Source: Candidatus Aenigmatarchaeota archaeon (lineage in GTDB: Archaea > Aenigmatarchaeota > Aenigmatarchaeia > CG10238-14 > SCSR01). From it: a stretch of 45,612 nt of DNA. Where the stretch lies: assembly GCA_038998625.1 (NCBI GenBank), contig JAWADS010000003.1:1-45612 (forward strand), read 5' to 3'. Both the position numbers and the translations under genes were made by a program. The notes beneath the pieces were generated by a model. The model was not told the origin of the DNA. It saw only the letters and a list, made by a program, of their open reading frames with translations, and did not search any database. Each line of letters opens with the position of its first letter. Positions within the stretch are counted from its first letter, which is position 1. Of the stretch, positions 27,901 to 36,134 are shown piece after piece.

Positions 27901-29174
27901 CCATCACTAATTGTCAAAAGTTTATGTTCTTCGCTACACTTTATTTCCTTTCCGAGATCAGTTTTAATATATAACCCATTTAGAATTGAATTCCTTTTAT
28001 TTATTGAACTAAAATAAGTCTTCTGTAAATTCAGGTGTTGAGGGTTCAAAGAAAAAATTTCTGCATCATTATTTAATTTTGATATTTTTTCCCATTTGCC
28101 ATCACTAAGTAAAATTTCTGAATCTTTATCCACACACACTATTGTTTTTAATAGTCCTTTCTTCAGTCTCTCTTCCAAATCTAGTCTTATTTCCCTCGCA
28201 ACACTGCTGTGATGCGCTCCTATTTGATCTTCAGTATAGGTTTCAGGAAAAGTTTGTTTTAAATGATGCACAACCCTCTCAGTTCCACTTCTTGTATTAG
28301 TGAAGACTAAAGTTGTTCTGTGTTGGTTTATTAATTTGTGCAAAAGATTATACATTTCACTTGTAATTTTTTCTGCCGGTGTGTAAACAATATCTTTTAC
28401 CGGAGATAAAACTTTTATATCCATATGTTTCACAAATCTTGCGTCAACTATAGTGCAATCTCTTTCTTTTCCATTCTCATAACCAACCAAGAATTTTGCA
28501 ACAGCCTCAAGAGGTGAGAGTGTAGCTCCTAGTCCTATTCTTACTAAGCTCTTGCCAACAAAATCTTGCAACCTTTCTAGGCTTAAGCTTAAATGTGCAC
28601 CACGCTTAGAATTTGCAAGCTCATGAATTTCATCGACAACAACCCATTTAACATTCTTAAATTTTTCCCTAAATTTTCTTGTACTCAAAACTACAGCAAT
28701 AGTTTCGGGTGTAGTTACTAAAATGTGTGGAGGTTTTTTCAATTGCTTTTGTTTTTCGTTTGGTGGCGTATCTCCAGTTCTAACAGCAATTCTAACTTCT
28801 GGTAGCACAATTTTCATTTCTTTCGCGATTTCCCTTATTTCCTTAAGCGGGACTAATAAGTTTCTGTAGATGTCATTATCTAATGCTTTAAGTGGAGAAA
28901 TGTAAACACAATAAACCATATCTTCAAGCTTTCCTTTTTCTGCTAAGGTAAACAAATAATCAAGGATAGATAGAAAAGAGGCCAAAGTCTTTCCAGAACC
29001 AGTGGGAGCAGTTATCAAAGTATTTTTTCCTTTGTGAATTAATTCTACAGCAAATTTTTGATGTAAAAGTAATTCTTTAAAATTTCTTTTAAACCATTCC
29101 CTAACATAAGGCCTAAGTAAAGCTAAAACTTTTTCATCTTTTTTTGGTTTTTTTATGTTAACATAGCGAATCAT
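24981..29174 (-). CDS. lhr: Lhr-type SF2 ATP-dependent helicase containing an intein
   Basis: APTGSGKT, ISPLKAL, TTPE, VDEIHE, HHSS, STSLELGIDIG and QRIGRAGH motifs. Confidence 0.96.
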   Translation of the reverse strand: MIRYVNIKKPKKDEKVLALLRPYVREWFKRNFKELLLHQKFAVELIHKGKNTLITAPTGSGKTLASFLSILDYLFTLAEKGKLEDMVYCVYISPLKALDNDIYRNLLVPLKEIREIAKEMKIVLPEVRIAVRTGDTPPNEKQKQLKKPPHILVTTPETIAVVLSTRKFREKFKNVKWVVVDEIHELANSKRGAHLSLSLERLQDFVGKSLVRIGLGATLSPLEAVAKFLVGYENGKERDCTIVDARFVKHMDIKVLSPVKDIVYTPAEKITSEMYNLLHKLINQHRTTLVFTNTRSGTERVVHHLKQTFPETYTEDQIGAHHSSVAREIRLDLEERLKKGLLKTIVCVDKDSEILLSDGKWEKISKLNNDAEIFSLNPQHLNLQKTYFSSINKRNSILNGLYIKTDLGKEIKCSEEHKLLTISDGILKWKKAQDLKKGEFIATIRCIPNNHNFKIPYYIEYLTNENCFVKPTREILTDLKKKLLKKYGTITNAARCLNLNRNLLYNFFNNRCWLKIFVFKKICRDLGNENYLLKLSNIGTNKKKLKLSSPILSPSFLRFLGFFLARGNIYHSKVIVLNKNLYLIKKYSSIIKKEFGIDKEFMKKSGEIIGFRYSSLFASLIKNLCTPEGEETRKTFIPKFIFSLPKNYIVEFLAGYFDGNGNLVIKNGNLSSIDFNATSKSLAYGLNRLLLKIGIVSSIRRGKVSIISGEYITKFVKEIRFFRDNCQELKGIIKTKSISIDRIPQIGKILLNIRKKLKIKSWNFKKEVGIDLESYEKDQHYFNRKTLFRVLNFFEKFGKTEETEYLKKLIKGHVFWEKIKKIEKIKLHEIYDLVDVYKFHNYIVNGIITQNSSTSLELGIDIGYIDLVVQLGSPKSISRLMQRIGRAGHKLHETSIGRVICLDHDDLVETTVMAKKAYEYFLDKIQIPQNCLDVLAQHIMGMSLEKKWNIKEAFNLIRRSYCYRNLEWKDFVSVLEYLSGAYHTLEDKKVYGKIWVDFNDMVFGRRGKYARVIYSLNIGTIPDEVKIKVKSLDGKYIGSIEEEFLQRLVPGDIFVLAGKTYQFVKAKQAQAFVLPVKEKRPTVPSWFSEQLPLSFELAIEIGKFREKMFELINKKSKKEIVNWLLKEYPVTEWAAKAIVDYFYYQKRFLEEMGAKGFPSHERILVENYIDERGNQNLIFHTLYGRRVNDALSRAFAYALIKKIGKSIAVTISDNGFMLSLPNEALENKWLFIKKIKELKPKRIDPKEVVKLVNSENLEEILKKALRQTELLRRKFRHSATRALMVLRNYKGYEIRVTKQQMNADRLIKVCEKIEGFPVLKETYREILQDYMDIEHAKEILKEIEEGKIKLEFLEECDLPSPFSHSLIALGESDVVLMEDRKKILLELHKKVLERVGE
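26622..28136 (-). mobile_element. Intein (505 aa) with LAGLIDADG-type endonuclease domain
   Basis: KTIV|CVDKDSEILL...SEEHKL...IYDL...HNYIVNGIITQN|SSTSLELG. Removal restores helicase motif V. Confidence 0.93.
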
Positions 29175-29376
29175 GAAAACCGGCTAATATATAGGATTTT
29201 TAAAGCATAAACTTTTCGATTTTACTTATAGTAAATTAGCTTAGAAGAAATTGTAAGCGGGGGATCAAGAAAAAACTAAGCTTGTAGTTCTAAGCTGTAG
29301 TTATAGAGCTATAAATTCTTCTGCCAATGAATTAAAAAAGATAACATTTAAATACCAAATTATCTAAAAATAATTC

Positions 29377-29757
29377 GTGAATTTAAGTTTTAGAAGTGAA
29401 AAATTAGAGGAAAGGAAAGTATACGCTGACTTAGATTTTATTTGCTCAAATTTAACAAGGATGGCAATCTTGCATTTACTAATGAAGTCTAAGATGACTG
29501 ATTATTCTTTAAATGTGGAAAAAATTTCTTATTGCTTGGGAAAACATCCAAGAGTAGTTCTCCACCATTTAGATAAACTAAAGGAATATGGAATTGTTCA
29601 AGTCATCACAATTTCAAAAAATGGGAGGAGAAAAATATGGGGAATAGTTAAAGAAAAAGCTGATTTAATCAAGGAAATTTACACATATACAATAACAAAC
29701 TTCTTCACTCAAGCTCAGTTGGAAAGAGCTTGTAATGTAAATAGAAAAATAAGATAG
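29377..29757 (+). CDS. ArsR-like winged-helix regulator
   Basis: SNLTRMAILHLL and KHPRVVLHHLDKLKEYGIV motifs. Confidence 0.82.
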   Translation: MNLSFRSEKLEERKVYADLDFICSNLTRMAILHLLMKSKMTDYSLNVEKISYCLGKHPRVVLHHLDKLKEYGIVQVITISKNGRRKIWGIVKEKADLIKEIYTYTITNFFTQAQLERACNVNRKIR

Positions 29758-29758
29758 T

Positions 29759-29813
29759 TAGTTACAATGTTGTTACAATTTTGTTACAAATTTGACACAA
29801 TCTTGTTACAATA
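29759..29813 (+). repeat. Five tandem 11-bp repeats with GTTACAA core
   Basis: Cores start at 29761, 29772, 29783, 29794 (GACACAA variant) and 29805, immediately upstream of an AAAGTTAAATA BRE/TATA-like motif. Confidence 0.88.
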
Positions 29814-29855
29814 AAGTTGGTTAAAGTTAAATACTTTTTTTGTTTTTTTATTAAT

Positions 29856-29987
29856 ATGAATTTTGATTTTCAAAGCAGAGGAGAGTTTGATTTCTTTGAA
29901 CCAATGATGCTTTCAAAAGATGGGAACTGGACGACATTCCAAAGGTTTCCTGTTAACACCTTTAAAACAGGCTTTGGTATAGAGTGA
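29856..29987 (+). CDS. Putative 43-aa Phe-rich leader ORF
   Basis: MNFDFQSRGEFDFFEPMMLSKDGNWTTFQRFPVNTFKTGFGIE. ATG sits about 23 nt after the TATA-like box and the stop is 4 nt before the next ATG. Confidence 0.45.
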   Translation: MNFDFQSRGEFDFFEPMMLSKDGNWTTFQRFPVNTFKTGFGIE

Positions 29988-29991
29988 GAAA

Positions 29992-30573
29992 ATGAAGAAT
30001 AAAAAAATAAAAATTTTTGGAAAGCAAATATCAGCAGTTCTTTTAGGCTTGTTGGCATTAGCAGGAGTAGCAAGTGCAGGATTGCTAAGCTATTATGGAA
30101 AAGTAGTTGGAACAGCAACAGTAAGTCAGTCAGTAAAACTTTCTGATTACGATGCTAATGGCCAAATTATTCAAGAAATTGACTATACAGGAACTATAAC
30201 TTATTCTGGTTCTGTAGTTGCAGGAGACACGCTGGTTAATGGAAATGACGCATCAACATCAATAGAATATTTTAAAGTTAAGAACTATGCGACAGAATCA
30301 GGTGCAAATGTTAAAGTAGGTATAGATAACGACGGGGATGACCAAATAGATGATACTTCATTATTAGATTCAGCAATTGATTCAGTTGAGTTTGTAGAAT
30401 ATTCAAGTGGAACCTGCACAAACACAGAGATAGGTTCGGAGATAACAGGTAAGGTGGGGCGCGAATTAACTCTAAATGCAGGTGGGGAACAAGACTTTTG
30501 CATTCAAATAAAATTCAAGATTAACGCCGAACCAGGCAGCTATGTAAATAATGTAAAAGTCTTACCAGGGTAG
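29992..30573 (+). CDS. Secreted acidic beta-rich protein, possible TasA-like fibre subunit
   Basis: Signal peptide ending ASA, followed by GLLSYYGKVVGTATV. One Cys pair and no C-terminal anchor. Confidence 0.75.
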   Translation: MKNKKIKIFGKQISAVLLGLLALAGVASAGLLSYYGKVVGTATVSQSVKLSDYDANGQIIQEIDYTGTITYSGSVVAGDTLVNGNDASTSIEYFKVKNYATESGANVKVGIDNDGDDQIDDTSLLDSAIDSVEFVEYSSGTCTNTEIGSEITGKVGRELTLNAGGEQDFCIQIKFKINAEPGSYVNNVKVLPG

Positions 30574-30632
30574 AAGTAAAACAGTTTAATCAGTAAATAT
30601 AAGACATATTTTCCTTTCTTTTTTATTTTTAT

Positions 30633-30663
30633 GGCTTCTTAGCAGGTCAAACTGCTCGAAGCC
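30633..30663 (+). other. Intergenic stem-loop after T-rich tract
   Basis: GGCTTC-TT-AGCAG-GTCAAA-CTGCT-C-GAAGCC. Confidence 0.6.
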
Positions 30664-30680
30664 TTGAAAAAGGAAGGAAA

Positions 30681-31247
30681 ATGAAAATAGGAATTCAAAT
30701 AATGATTACAATAATGTTTGGAATAGGATTTTTATTATTCGTTAGTTTAGCCTTTGCTGGAGTTTTAAGTTATTATGGCAAAATTATAGGAAGTGCTAAT
30801 GTTTTGCCTCCTACATTTTATGCCGATAGTACTGTTATAACATCGCCAGTTTACTATAAAATGAAAATAAATGAAGTAGGAGGGGGTAGCGTTACTTTTA
30901 CTGATGGGGAGCGAAGATTGTTTGTAACAGATTCGTTAGGAATTACTTCTTGGTATTCGGCAACTTGGACTGTTTATGTTAAAGTTCAGGCTAGTGCTGC
31001 AGGAGCTTTATCCGCATTAAGAATAAAGAAAGTTAGTGGAGATTTAACCTCAGAAGTAACTCTAACAGGTTGTGAATGGACAGGAATTTCATTGGATGCA
31101 GGTACAAACTCGATTCAAAGGTCCTGTACTCCAGGCGTGCTAACTTTTGATTCTACTGATAGATTAGGTCTTGAGGTGGCAGGTGCAGGAACTGTGACTT
31201 ATACAATTATTACTGATGGCAGCACAAGAATTGAGGTGTCACCATGA
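30681..31247 (+). CDS. Secreted beta-rich protein, paralogous N-terminus to upstream gene
   Basis: Signal peptide ending AFA, followed by GVLSYYGKIIGSANV. Confidence 0.75.
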   Translation: MKIGIQIMITIMFGIGFLLFVSLAFAGVLSYYGKIIGSANVLPPTFYADSTVITSPVYYKMKINEVGGGSVTFTDGERRLFVTDSLGITSWYSATWTVYVKVQASAAGALSALRIKKVSGDLTSEVTLTGCEWTGISLDAGTNSIQRSCTPGVLTFDSTDRLGLEVAGAGTVTYTIITDGSTRIEVSP

Positions 31248-32578
31248 AAAAGTTAATTTTATTTGCATTGGTTAGCTTATTAATAATTCCTTTAGCTGAA
31301 GCTCAGCTCCTTTGTGATGAAGCTACATATCCTTTCAGAGCGTGCCAAGTTATTCAAAACTTTACAAGCGTAGCTGCTGGTTCTCCAAATATAGCTAATG
31401 TGAGTTTTAAGTACATAGGCAATGAATGGGCTCCTTTGGTTGTAAGGGTAAACATTTCTTCAGAAGGTTATGTTTTCAGTGGGAATGATTTTTCTGGTAC
31501 AGGAAGATTATTAACAAAAGCTTTGATTGGCCCCGTGCAGCACGAAATTCCTCTTACTTGTGAATTGCCGCCAATTACTTTTACTCAAACTGGCGAAACT
31601 TTTGTATCTCCCCTTCCAAACAATTTTACTCTTTATTGTTATAATTCAAGCTTCTATGTTGTAATGCCTGAGAGCTTAAACAATGTTACAATAACTTTAA
31701 TACCAAACATTGCTCTCATTCCAGCAATTTTCAATTTTACCATCGAGCTAATGACTGACATAGGAGTTCCTATATTAGAGCCGACAATTAACATAACAAA
31801 TGGCTTTGGAAATTTGTCTATTAATCCGCCTTTTGAAAAAATTGAATTCATTTCATATCCAGAGCAAAATATAACTATTAGAGTTTTAATTTATGACTCA
31901 ATATTCTTTAGAGGTGTTCCGACAAATCACCCATTCCCGATAATTTATTTTGACTTCATAAATCAGACCCCCTTTAACGGTAGCGTAGGAATAAGATATT
32001 ATTTTGATCGAGATGCCTTGGTAGCTAGAGGTTGGGATCCAAGCAAGTTATCCTTTTATAGATTAAATGTAGTAAATGGAACTGCAAGCTGGATACAAAT
32101 GCTTTCCACAGTGACTGATAATTATGTGTTCATGAATATAACAAGCTTCAGTGTTTATGGTGTATTCACTTCTTTCTACTATCCTCCAGCCCCTGCAGTT
32201 ACTTATGTTTCATATCCTAGCTATCCAACTTATGTGACAAATGTTACTAATGTTTCGCAATTAATTGAAAAACCAGTTGAAAGAATTATAGAGAGGCCTG
32301 CTGCTGCAGTTTGTGGTAATGGATACTGTGAATCTGGAGAAACTTGCTCTAATTGTCCAGAGGATTGTGGTTGTCCAGCTGGAACAAAATGTGAAGCAAA
32401 TGTATGCGTGGCTATTCCTCCAGCCCCTGCTCCTTCGCCTTTAGAAACTTTGACAGGAGCTTTTATATCAGCAGTATCAAACCCAGTTTTTGCTGGATTG
32501 TTAAGTTTGGTAATAGTGGCAATAATTTTAACTATTTTAAGGATTAGGCTTTTTTCAAAAATTAGAACAAAAAAATAA
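31244..32578 (+). CDS. Membrane-anchored surface glycoprotein with Cys-rich module
   Basis: Signal peptide, many NxS/T sequons, PGF-pre-PGF-like segment ending TSFSVYGV, CGNGYCESGETCSNCPEDCGC, and a C-terminal TM with basic tail. Confidence 0.85.
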   Translation: MKKLILFALVSLLIIPLAEAQLLCDEATYPFRACQVIQNFTSVAAGSPNIANVSFKYIGNEWAPLVVRVNISSEGYVFSGNDFSGTGRLLTKALIGPVQHEIPLTCELPPITFTQTGETFVSPLPNNFTLYCYNSSFYVVMPESLNNVTITLIPNIALIPAIFNFTIELMTDIGVPILEPTINITNGFGNLSINPPFEKIEFISYPEQNITIRVLIYDSIFFRGVPTNHPFPIIYFDFINQTPFNGSVGIRYYFDRDALVARGWDPSKLSFYRLNVVNGTASWIQMLSTVTDNYVFMNITSFSVYGVFTSFYYPPAPAVTYVSYPSYPTYVTNVTNVSQLIEKPVERIIERPAAAVCGNGYCESGETCSNCPEDCGCPAGTKCEANVCVAIPPAPAPSPLETLTGAFISAVSNPVFAGLLSLVIVAIILTILRIRLFSKIRTKK

Positions 32579-32738
32579 GAGTTAAGATTTGATTCCAAGG
32601 TTAAAGTTAACATTAACTACTTATACCTTCTTCTAACTCTTAAACAAATCTAACATCCCCTTACACCTAGCAACTTCAATCAACCATTGCTTACTAATAC
32701 TTAAACAGTAGGTATGAGAGCTAGAAGTATTTAAACTG

Positions 32739-32843
32739 CGCCAGGGCTGGGATTTGAACCCAGACGTGCTCGAAAGCACACCAGCTTGCCATCTTATATT
32801 AAGACTCAAGGCTGGCCCGATTACCTGATTCCGGCACCCTGGC
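32739..32843 (-). tRNA. tRNA-Ser(TGA) with 18-nt intron (about 32787-32804)
   Basis: GCCAGGG/CCCTGGC acceptor stem, G73, CCAGC-CTTGAG[intron]A-GCTGG anticodon arm, long variable arm and GGTTCAAATCC T-loop. Confidence 0.92.
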
Positions 32844-32929
32844 TTATCTTCATCATCTTAAAAAATCAGACCTTGAGTCTTCTTATTAAAATTTATTTAT
32901 TACTTAACTTTAACTCTTTTTCAGTTTAA

Positions 32930-33229
32930 TTATTCTTCTGGCTCATGCAAAACTTGAATTTTCCCTGTTCTTGGTACATTGAGCTGTAACTTATCTTTAA
33001 AACTTGTGGCAAAGGCCCCAGAAATTTTTACTGTATCTCCTATATCTACTTTATCTATATCTTTTTCCCATAAAGAAAGAGAAATTTGCCCTGTCGCATC
33101 TTCTAATAAAACATCCACAACACTTCTTCTTCCATATTTTGTGTTAACTTCTCTCACTTCAGACTTATCAATAACTTTAGCTTTTATTGTTATGTTACTC
33201 ATTCCAATTTTTATTTCTGATATGTTCAT
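32930..33229 (-). CDS. ssb: Single OB-fold ssDNA-binding protein (SSB/RPA-like)
   Basis: ISEIKIGM...KVIDKSEVREV...LEDATGQISLSLW...GDTVKI...LQLNVPRTGKI. Confidence 0.88.
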   Translation of the reverse strand: MNISEIKIGMSNITIKAKVIDKSEVREVNTKYGRRSVVDVLLEDATGQISLSLWEKDIDKVDIGDTVKISGAFATSFKDKLQLNVPRTGKIQVLHEPEE

Positions 33230-33271
33230 TTTAACTTACTTAATGCTTTTTGGATTTTATTTATTTAAATT

Positions 33272-33356
33272 TTTTTATTGGCTCGCTCCACTGAGCGGTC
33301 CACCTCGCGCAAGATATTAAACAAAGAATATAGGCGCGAGGTCCTTCTTTGTAAAA
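33272..33356 (-). ncRNA. 85-bp GC-rich structured element, copy 1 (candidate ncRNA/cis element)
   Basis: 82/85 identical to the reverse complement of 39713-39797. Interleaved 8-bp and 9-bp stems plus a small hairpin. Strand is inferred. Confidence 0.55.
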
Positions 33357-33393
33357 AATTGTAAAGCAAAAAAAATCAGCAAAAATTTCCCCC

Positions 33394-33440
33394 TTTATAT
33401 AGATTTAGAACCACCACGAGTGGTTCTAAATCTTTAAATA
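33394..33440. promoter_or_regulatory. 47-bp palindrome copy B
   Basis: TTTATATAGATTTAGAACCAC CACGA GTGGTTCTAAATCTTTAAATA. Confidence 0.8.
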
Positions 33441-33502
33441 TTAGTTCAAAAAAGTTTTAAATTTAAAATTTAACTTAATTCCCTCTACAATATATGAAAA
33501 AT

Positions 33503-33985
33503 TTATCTTATTACATCTGAAGTGGCTGCTCCGATAGAAGCAAAAAGAGAAACCAAAACAACTAGCTTAACTGCCCATATAACATCAGTTATTATATTGC
33601 CAATTATTCCTACTGTAAAAAGAACAGAAAAGCTGCAAACATAAGAAACTAAAATTACGGAAAAGACTCTTCTTTTAATTTGAAAGTTGAAGTATTTTTG
33701 ACGATAAATCAGGTAGCTCACTAAAAATGTCAGAAAGAACAATGCAAATGATCTGAAAATATCTAAAAGCTTAGCAATCTCCCAGACTTCCTGGGTAACT
33801 ATAAAGGGGGCTGACAAAATTAGGGCGCCAACAATTTGCTCCCCAATGTCGGAACGAGTAAAAGTTTTTGTAACAATCTTTTCTTTCAGCCTGTTGAAAT
33901 ATTCTTTTTCCCGTGATGTTAACTTTTTCAAATAGCTAATCCTACTTTCAGAAGGAATTTTCCACAGGCGTTTTTTCTTAAACAT
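33503..33985 (-). CDS. DUF2391-like integral membrane protein
   Basis: DIGEQIVGALILSAPFIVTQEVWEIA motif, four TM segments and an ASIGAATSD C-terminus. Confidence 0.78.
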   Translation of the reverse strand: MFKKKRLWKIPSESRISYLKKLTSREKEYFNRLKEKIVTKTFTRSDIGEQIVGALILSAPFIVTQEVWEIAKLLDIFRSFALFFLTFLVSYLIYRQKYFNFQIKRRVFSVILVSYVCSFSVLFTVGIIGNIITDVIWAVKLVVLVSLFASIGAATSDVIR

Positions 33986-34012
33986 TATAATAAAATTCTG
34001 TTTTTGCTTGTA

Positions 34013-34966
34013 TTATTTTTTTACAGAAGGATAAGTTCCTTTTTTCATGAAAACTCTATCAGTTCTTACGGCCAACCCCACTTTCTTTTCATACATCTCT
34101 TCACTCTTCATCTTTGCAATTCCTAAAGCAATCAATTCATTTTTCAAGCTCATTATTGCTATGGTTTCGCCTGCTAAAATATTCTTTTGAATCCTTGTGA
34201 TGCCATTAACATATACTGGGGCTCCGTTACAAATAGAATCTACAGCAGAATCTTTTACAAAAACTTTTTTCACATGATCTATAGCAAATTCTATAGGAAT
34301 TAAAATTTTTCTTAGTTCTTTTTCTTCTTTATTTTCCCTCCAAAATTCATAGGCATCTTTTATTTCGACCAGCGAATGAGCTTGATCTTCATGAAAATTC
34401 CCAACTATTATCCTTCTCAATTCAGTCATATGGGCGCCAACATTTAAAGATAGACCAAAATCGTGAACAAGCTTTCTTATGTAAGTTCCAGCCTCAGTGC
34501 CAACACGAAACAAAACATCTCTTCCGTTAACTTCTAAAATATCAAAAAATCTTACTTCCCTTTCTCTAATCTTTCTGGCCACAGCAGATTTTTTTGGGGG
34601 AATTTGCTTTATTCTTCCAATAAAATTTTTTATATTTTCTTTCAACAAATCTTCTGAAACATCTTTATGTAAATGCATTACTCCAACATATTCCTTATCC
34701 AAACCCATTAAAACAGGCATGGCTTTTACAGCTTCTCCTAAAGCCACAATCAAAACTCCGGTAACTTTTGGATCTAGAGTTCCAGCATGACCAACTTTTT
34801 TAACATTAAAAATTTCTTTTATCCATTGCGAGATTTGGTGCGAAGTTGGCCCAGAATGCTTATCCACAACTATAACAGAAGAATTAATTAATTCCTCTAT
34901 ATTTCTTTTTTCTGGTTCTTTTCCGTAGTCAGGATTTGTTTCCTCTTCTTCTCTAATTAGCCACAT
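34013..34966 (-). CDS. cbf5: H/ACA pseudouridine synthase Cbf5 (TruB family)
   Basis: DKHSGPTSHQ, GHAGTLDPKVTGVL, EAGTYIRKL and a PUA domain. Confidence 0.97.
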   Translation of the reverse strand: MWLIREEEETNPDYGKEPEKRNIEELINSSVIVVDKHSGPTSHQISQWIKEIFNVKKVGHAGTLDPKVTGVLIVALGEAVKAMPVLMGLDKEYVGVMHLHKDVSEDLLKENIKNFIGRIKQIPPKKSAVARKIREREVRFFDILEVNGRDVLFRVGTEAGTYIRKLVHDFGLSLNVGAHMTELRRIIVGNFHEDQAHSLVEIKDAYEFWRENKEEKELRKILIPIEFAIDHVKKVFVKDSAVDSICNGAPVYVNGITRIQKNILAGETIAIMSLKNELIALGIAKMKSEEMYEKKVGLAVRTDRVFMKKGTYPSVKK

Positions 34967-35142
34967 ATAATTAGATTTAAAAATAATCTTTAGTAAAGTT
35001 TACTTTTGCTATGGCAATATTTTTTAATTTTTAACCAAAAAATAATTAACTTTAAATCTTTTTTCTTAAAATTGTGCTCTAATTTAAAAACTTTTCTGCG
35101 ATTAAAATAAAAAGTTTTCTATCAAATAAAAAATAGAGAAGA

Positions 35143-36117
35143 ATGAATAGGGCTTTAATTGGCTTGCTTTTGAGTTTAGTTGGATTAGCCTCTGCTTTGA
35201 TTATTGCTAATACAACAATTTCTCAGCAACAAATATACAAAGCCATGAACATGAGCTTTGATATGGATACAAAAATTGAAGTTTATCCTGGAGAAACAAA
35301 AACTATAGAGGGAAGATTATTAAACACAGGATGGTTATGGCTTTATAATGTCACGATAAAAGCAGAGAATCTTACTTATGAGCATACAATAACTCCAAAT
35401 AATATTCCAGTCTTGCCGATAAAATATTATTGGGTTGATGGAAGAGCCTTTAGAACTCCTCAAAACTTTAGCATAACCATAAAAATCCCTGAAAATCTAA
35501 CAGCAGGAGAGAAGGAATTCTTTTTAACAGCTAACGGAAGTTTTAGAATTTACTTACCTATGGATATGAAGTATTTACATTATCCTATGCAAATAAAGCA
35601 AAGAGTTGTGCTTAAAGTAGTTCCAACACCTTCAATAGAGATAAAAGATATAACTTTTCCCGAAGTTGTTATAGCAAATAAAACTTTTGAGATTTCAATG
35701 CTTGTTATAAACAATGGAGATATAGGCACTACTGCTAACATTTCCATAGATTTACCAAAAGATTGGCAAGTTGATTCAAAAACAAAAAGTATAAGAATTG
35801 AGGCTAGAGAAAATAAAACCCTTAATTTTAGCGTGACGCCTAGCAATAGTAGTGGGCAAGTTTCCCTCTATCTTTTATATCCAGTAAGGCAAAAGATAAT
35901 TAATATCACTAAAACTGGACCTTTCTTGGTGCCTCAATTAGAAGAAGTTGTAGAAAAGCCAGTGCCAGGATTAATAGAAAGAATTGTATCGTTTATAAAA
36001 TCTCTCCCACCCATCTTACTTTTGATAATAGTTATTTTATCAGCTGTAATAATTTGGAATTTGGCTGGTGTCATAAGATTTTATAGAAGAAGAAAGAAAC
36101 CTGAAAAACCTGGATAA
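35143..36117 (+). CDS. Membrane-anchored surface protein with Ig-like (CARDB/NEW3-like) domains
   Basis: Signal peptide, LLNTG and INNGD strands, DLPKDWQV, many sequons, and a C-terminal TM followed by RRRKK. Confidence 0.82.
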   Translation: MNRALIGLLLSLVGLASALIIANTTISQQQIYKAMNMSFDMDTKIEVYPGETKTIEGRLLNTGWLWLYNVTIKAENLTYEHTITPNNIPVLPIKYYWVDGRAFRTPQNFSITIKIPENLTAGEKEFFLTANGSFRIYLPMDMKYLHYPMQIKQRVVLKVVPTPSIEIKDITFPEVVIANKTFEISMLVINNGDIGTTANISIDLPKDWQVDSKTKSIRIEARENKTLNFSVTPSNSSGQVSLYLLYPVRQKIINITKTGPFLVPQLEEVVEKPVPGLIERIVSFIKSLPPILLLIIVILSAVIIWNLAGVIRFYRRRKKPEKPG

Positions 36118-36134
36118 ATTTTATTAATTTTTTA

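Noticed and set aside
29759-29813. CRISPR or plasmid iterons
   Set aside because: The 11-bp units have no spacers and no rep gene is nearby; the promoter-proximal position fits an operator array better.
32580-32735. Gene remnant downstream of tRNA-Ser
   Set aside because: The strand composition is skewed, but there are only short open stretches without a credible start.
29200-32843. Integrated island at tRNA-Ser
   Set aside because: I found no integrase and no duplicated tRNA end (att site) by eye.
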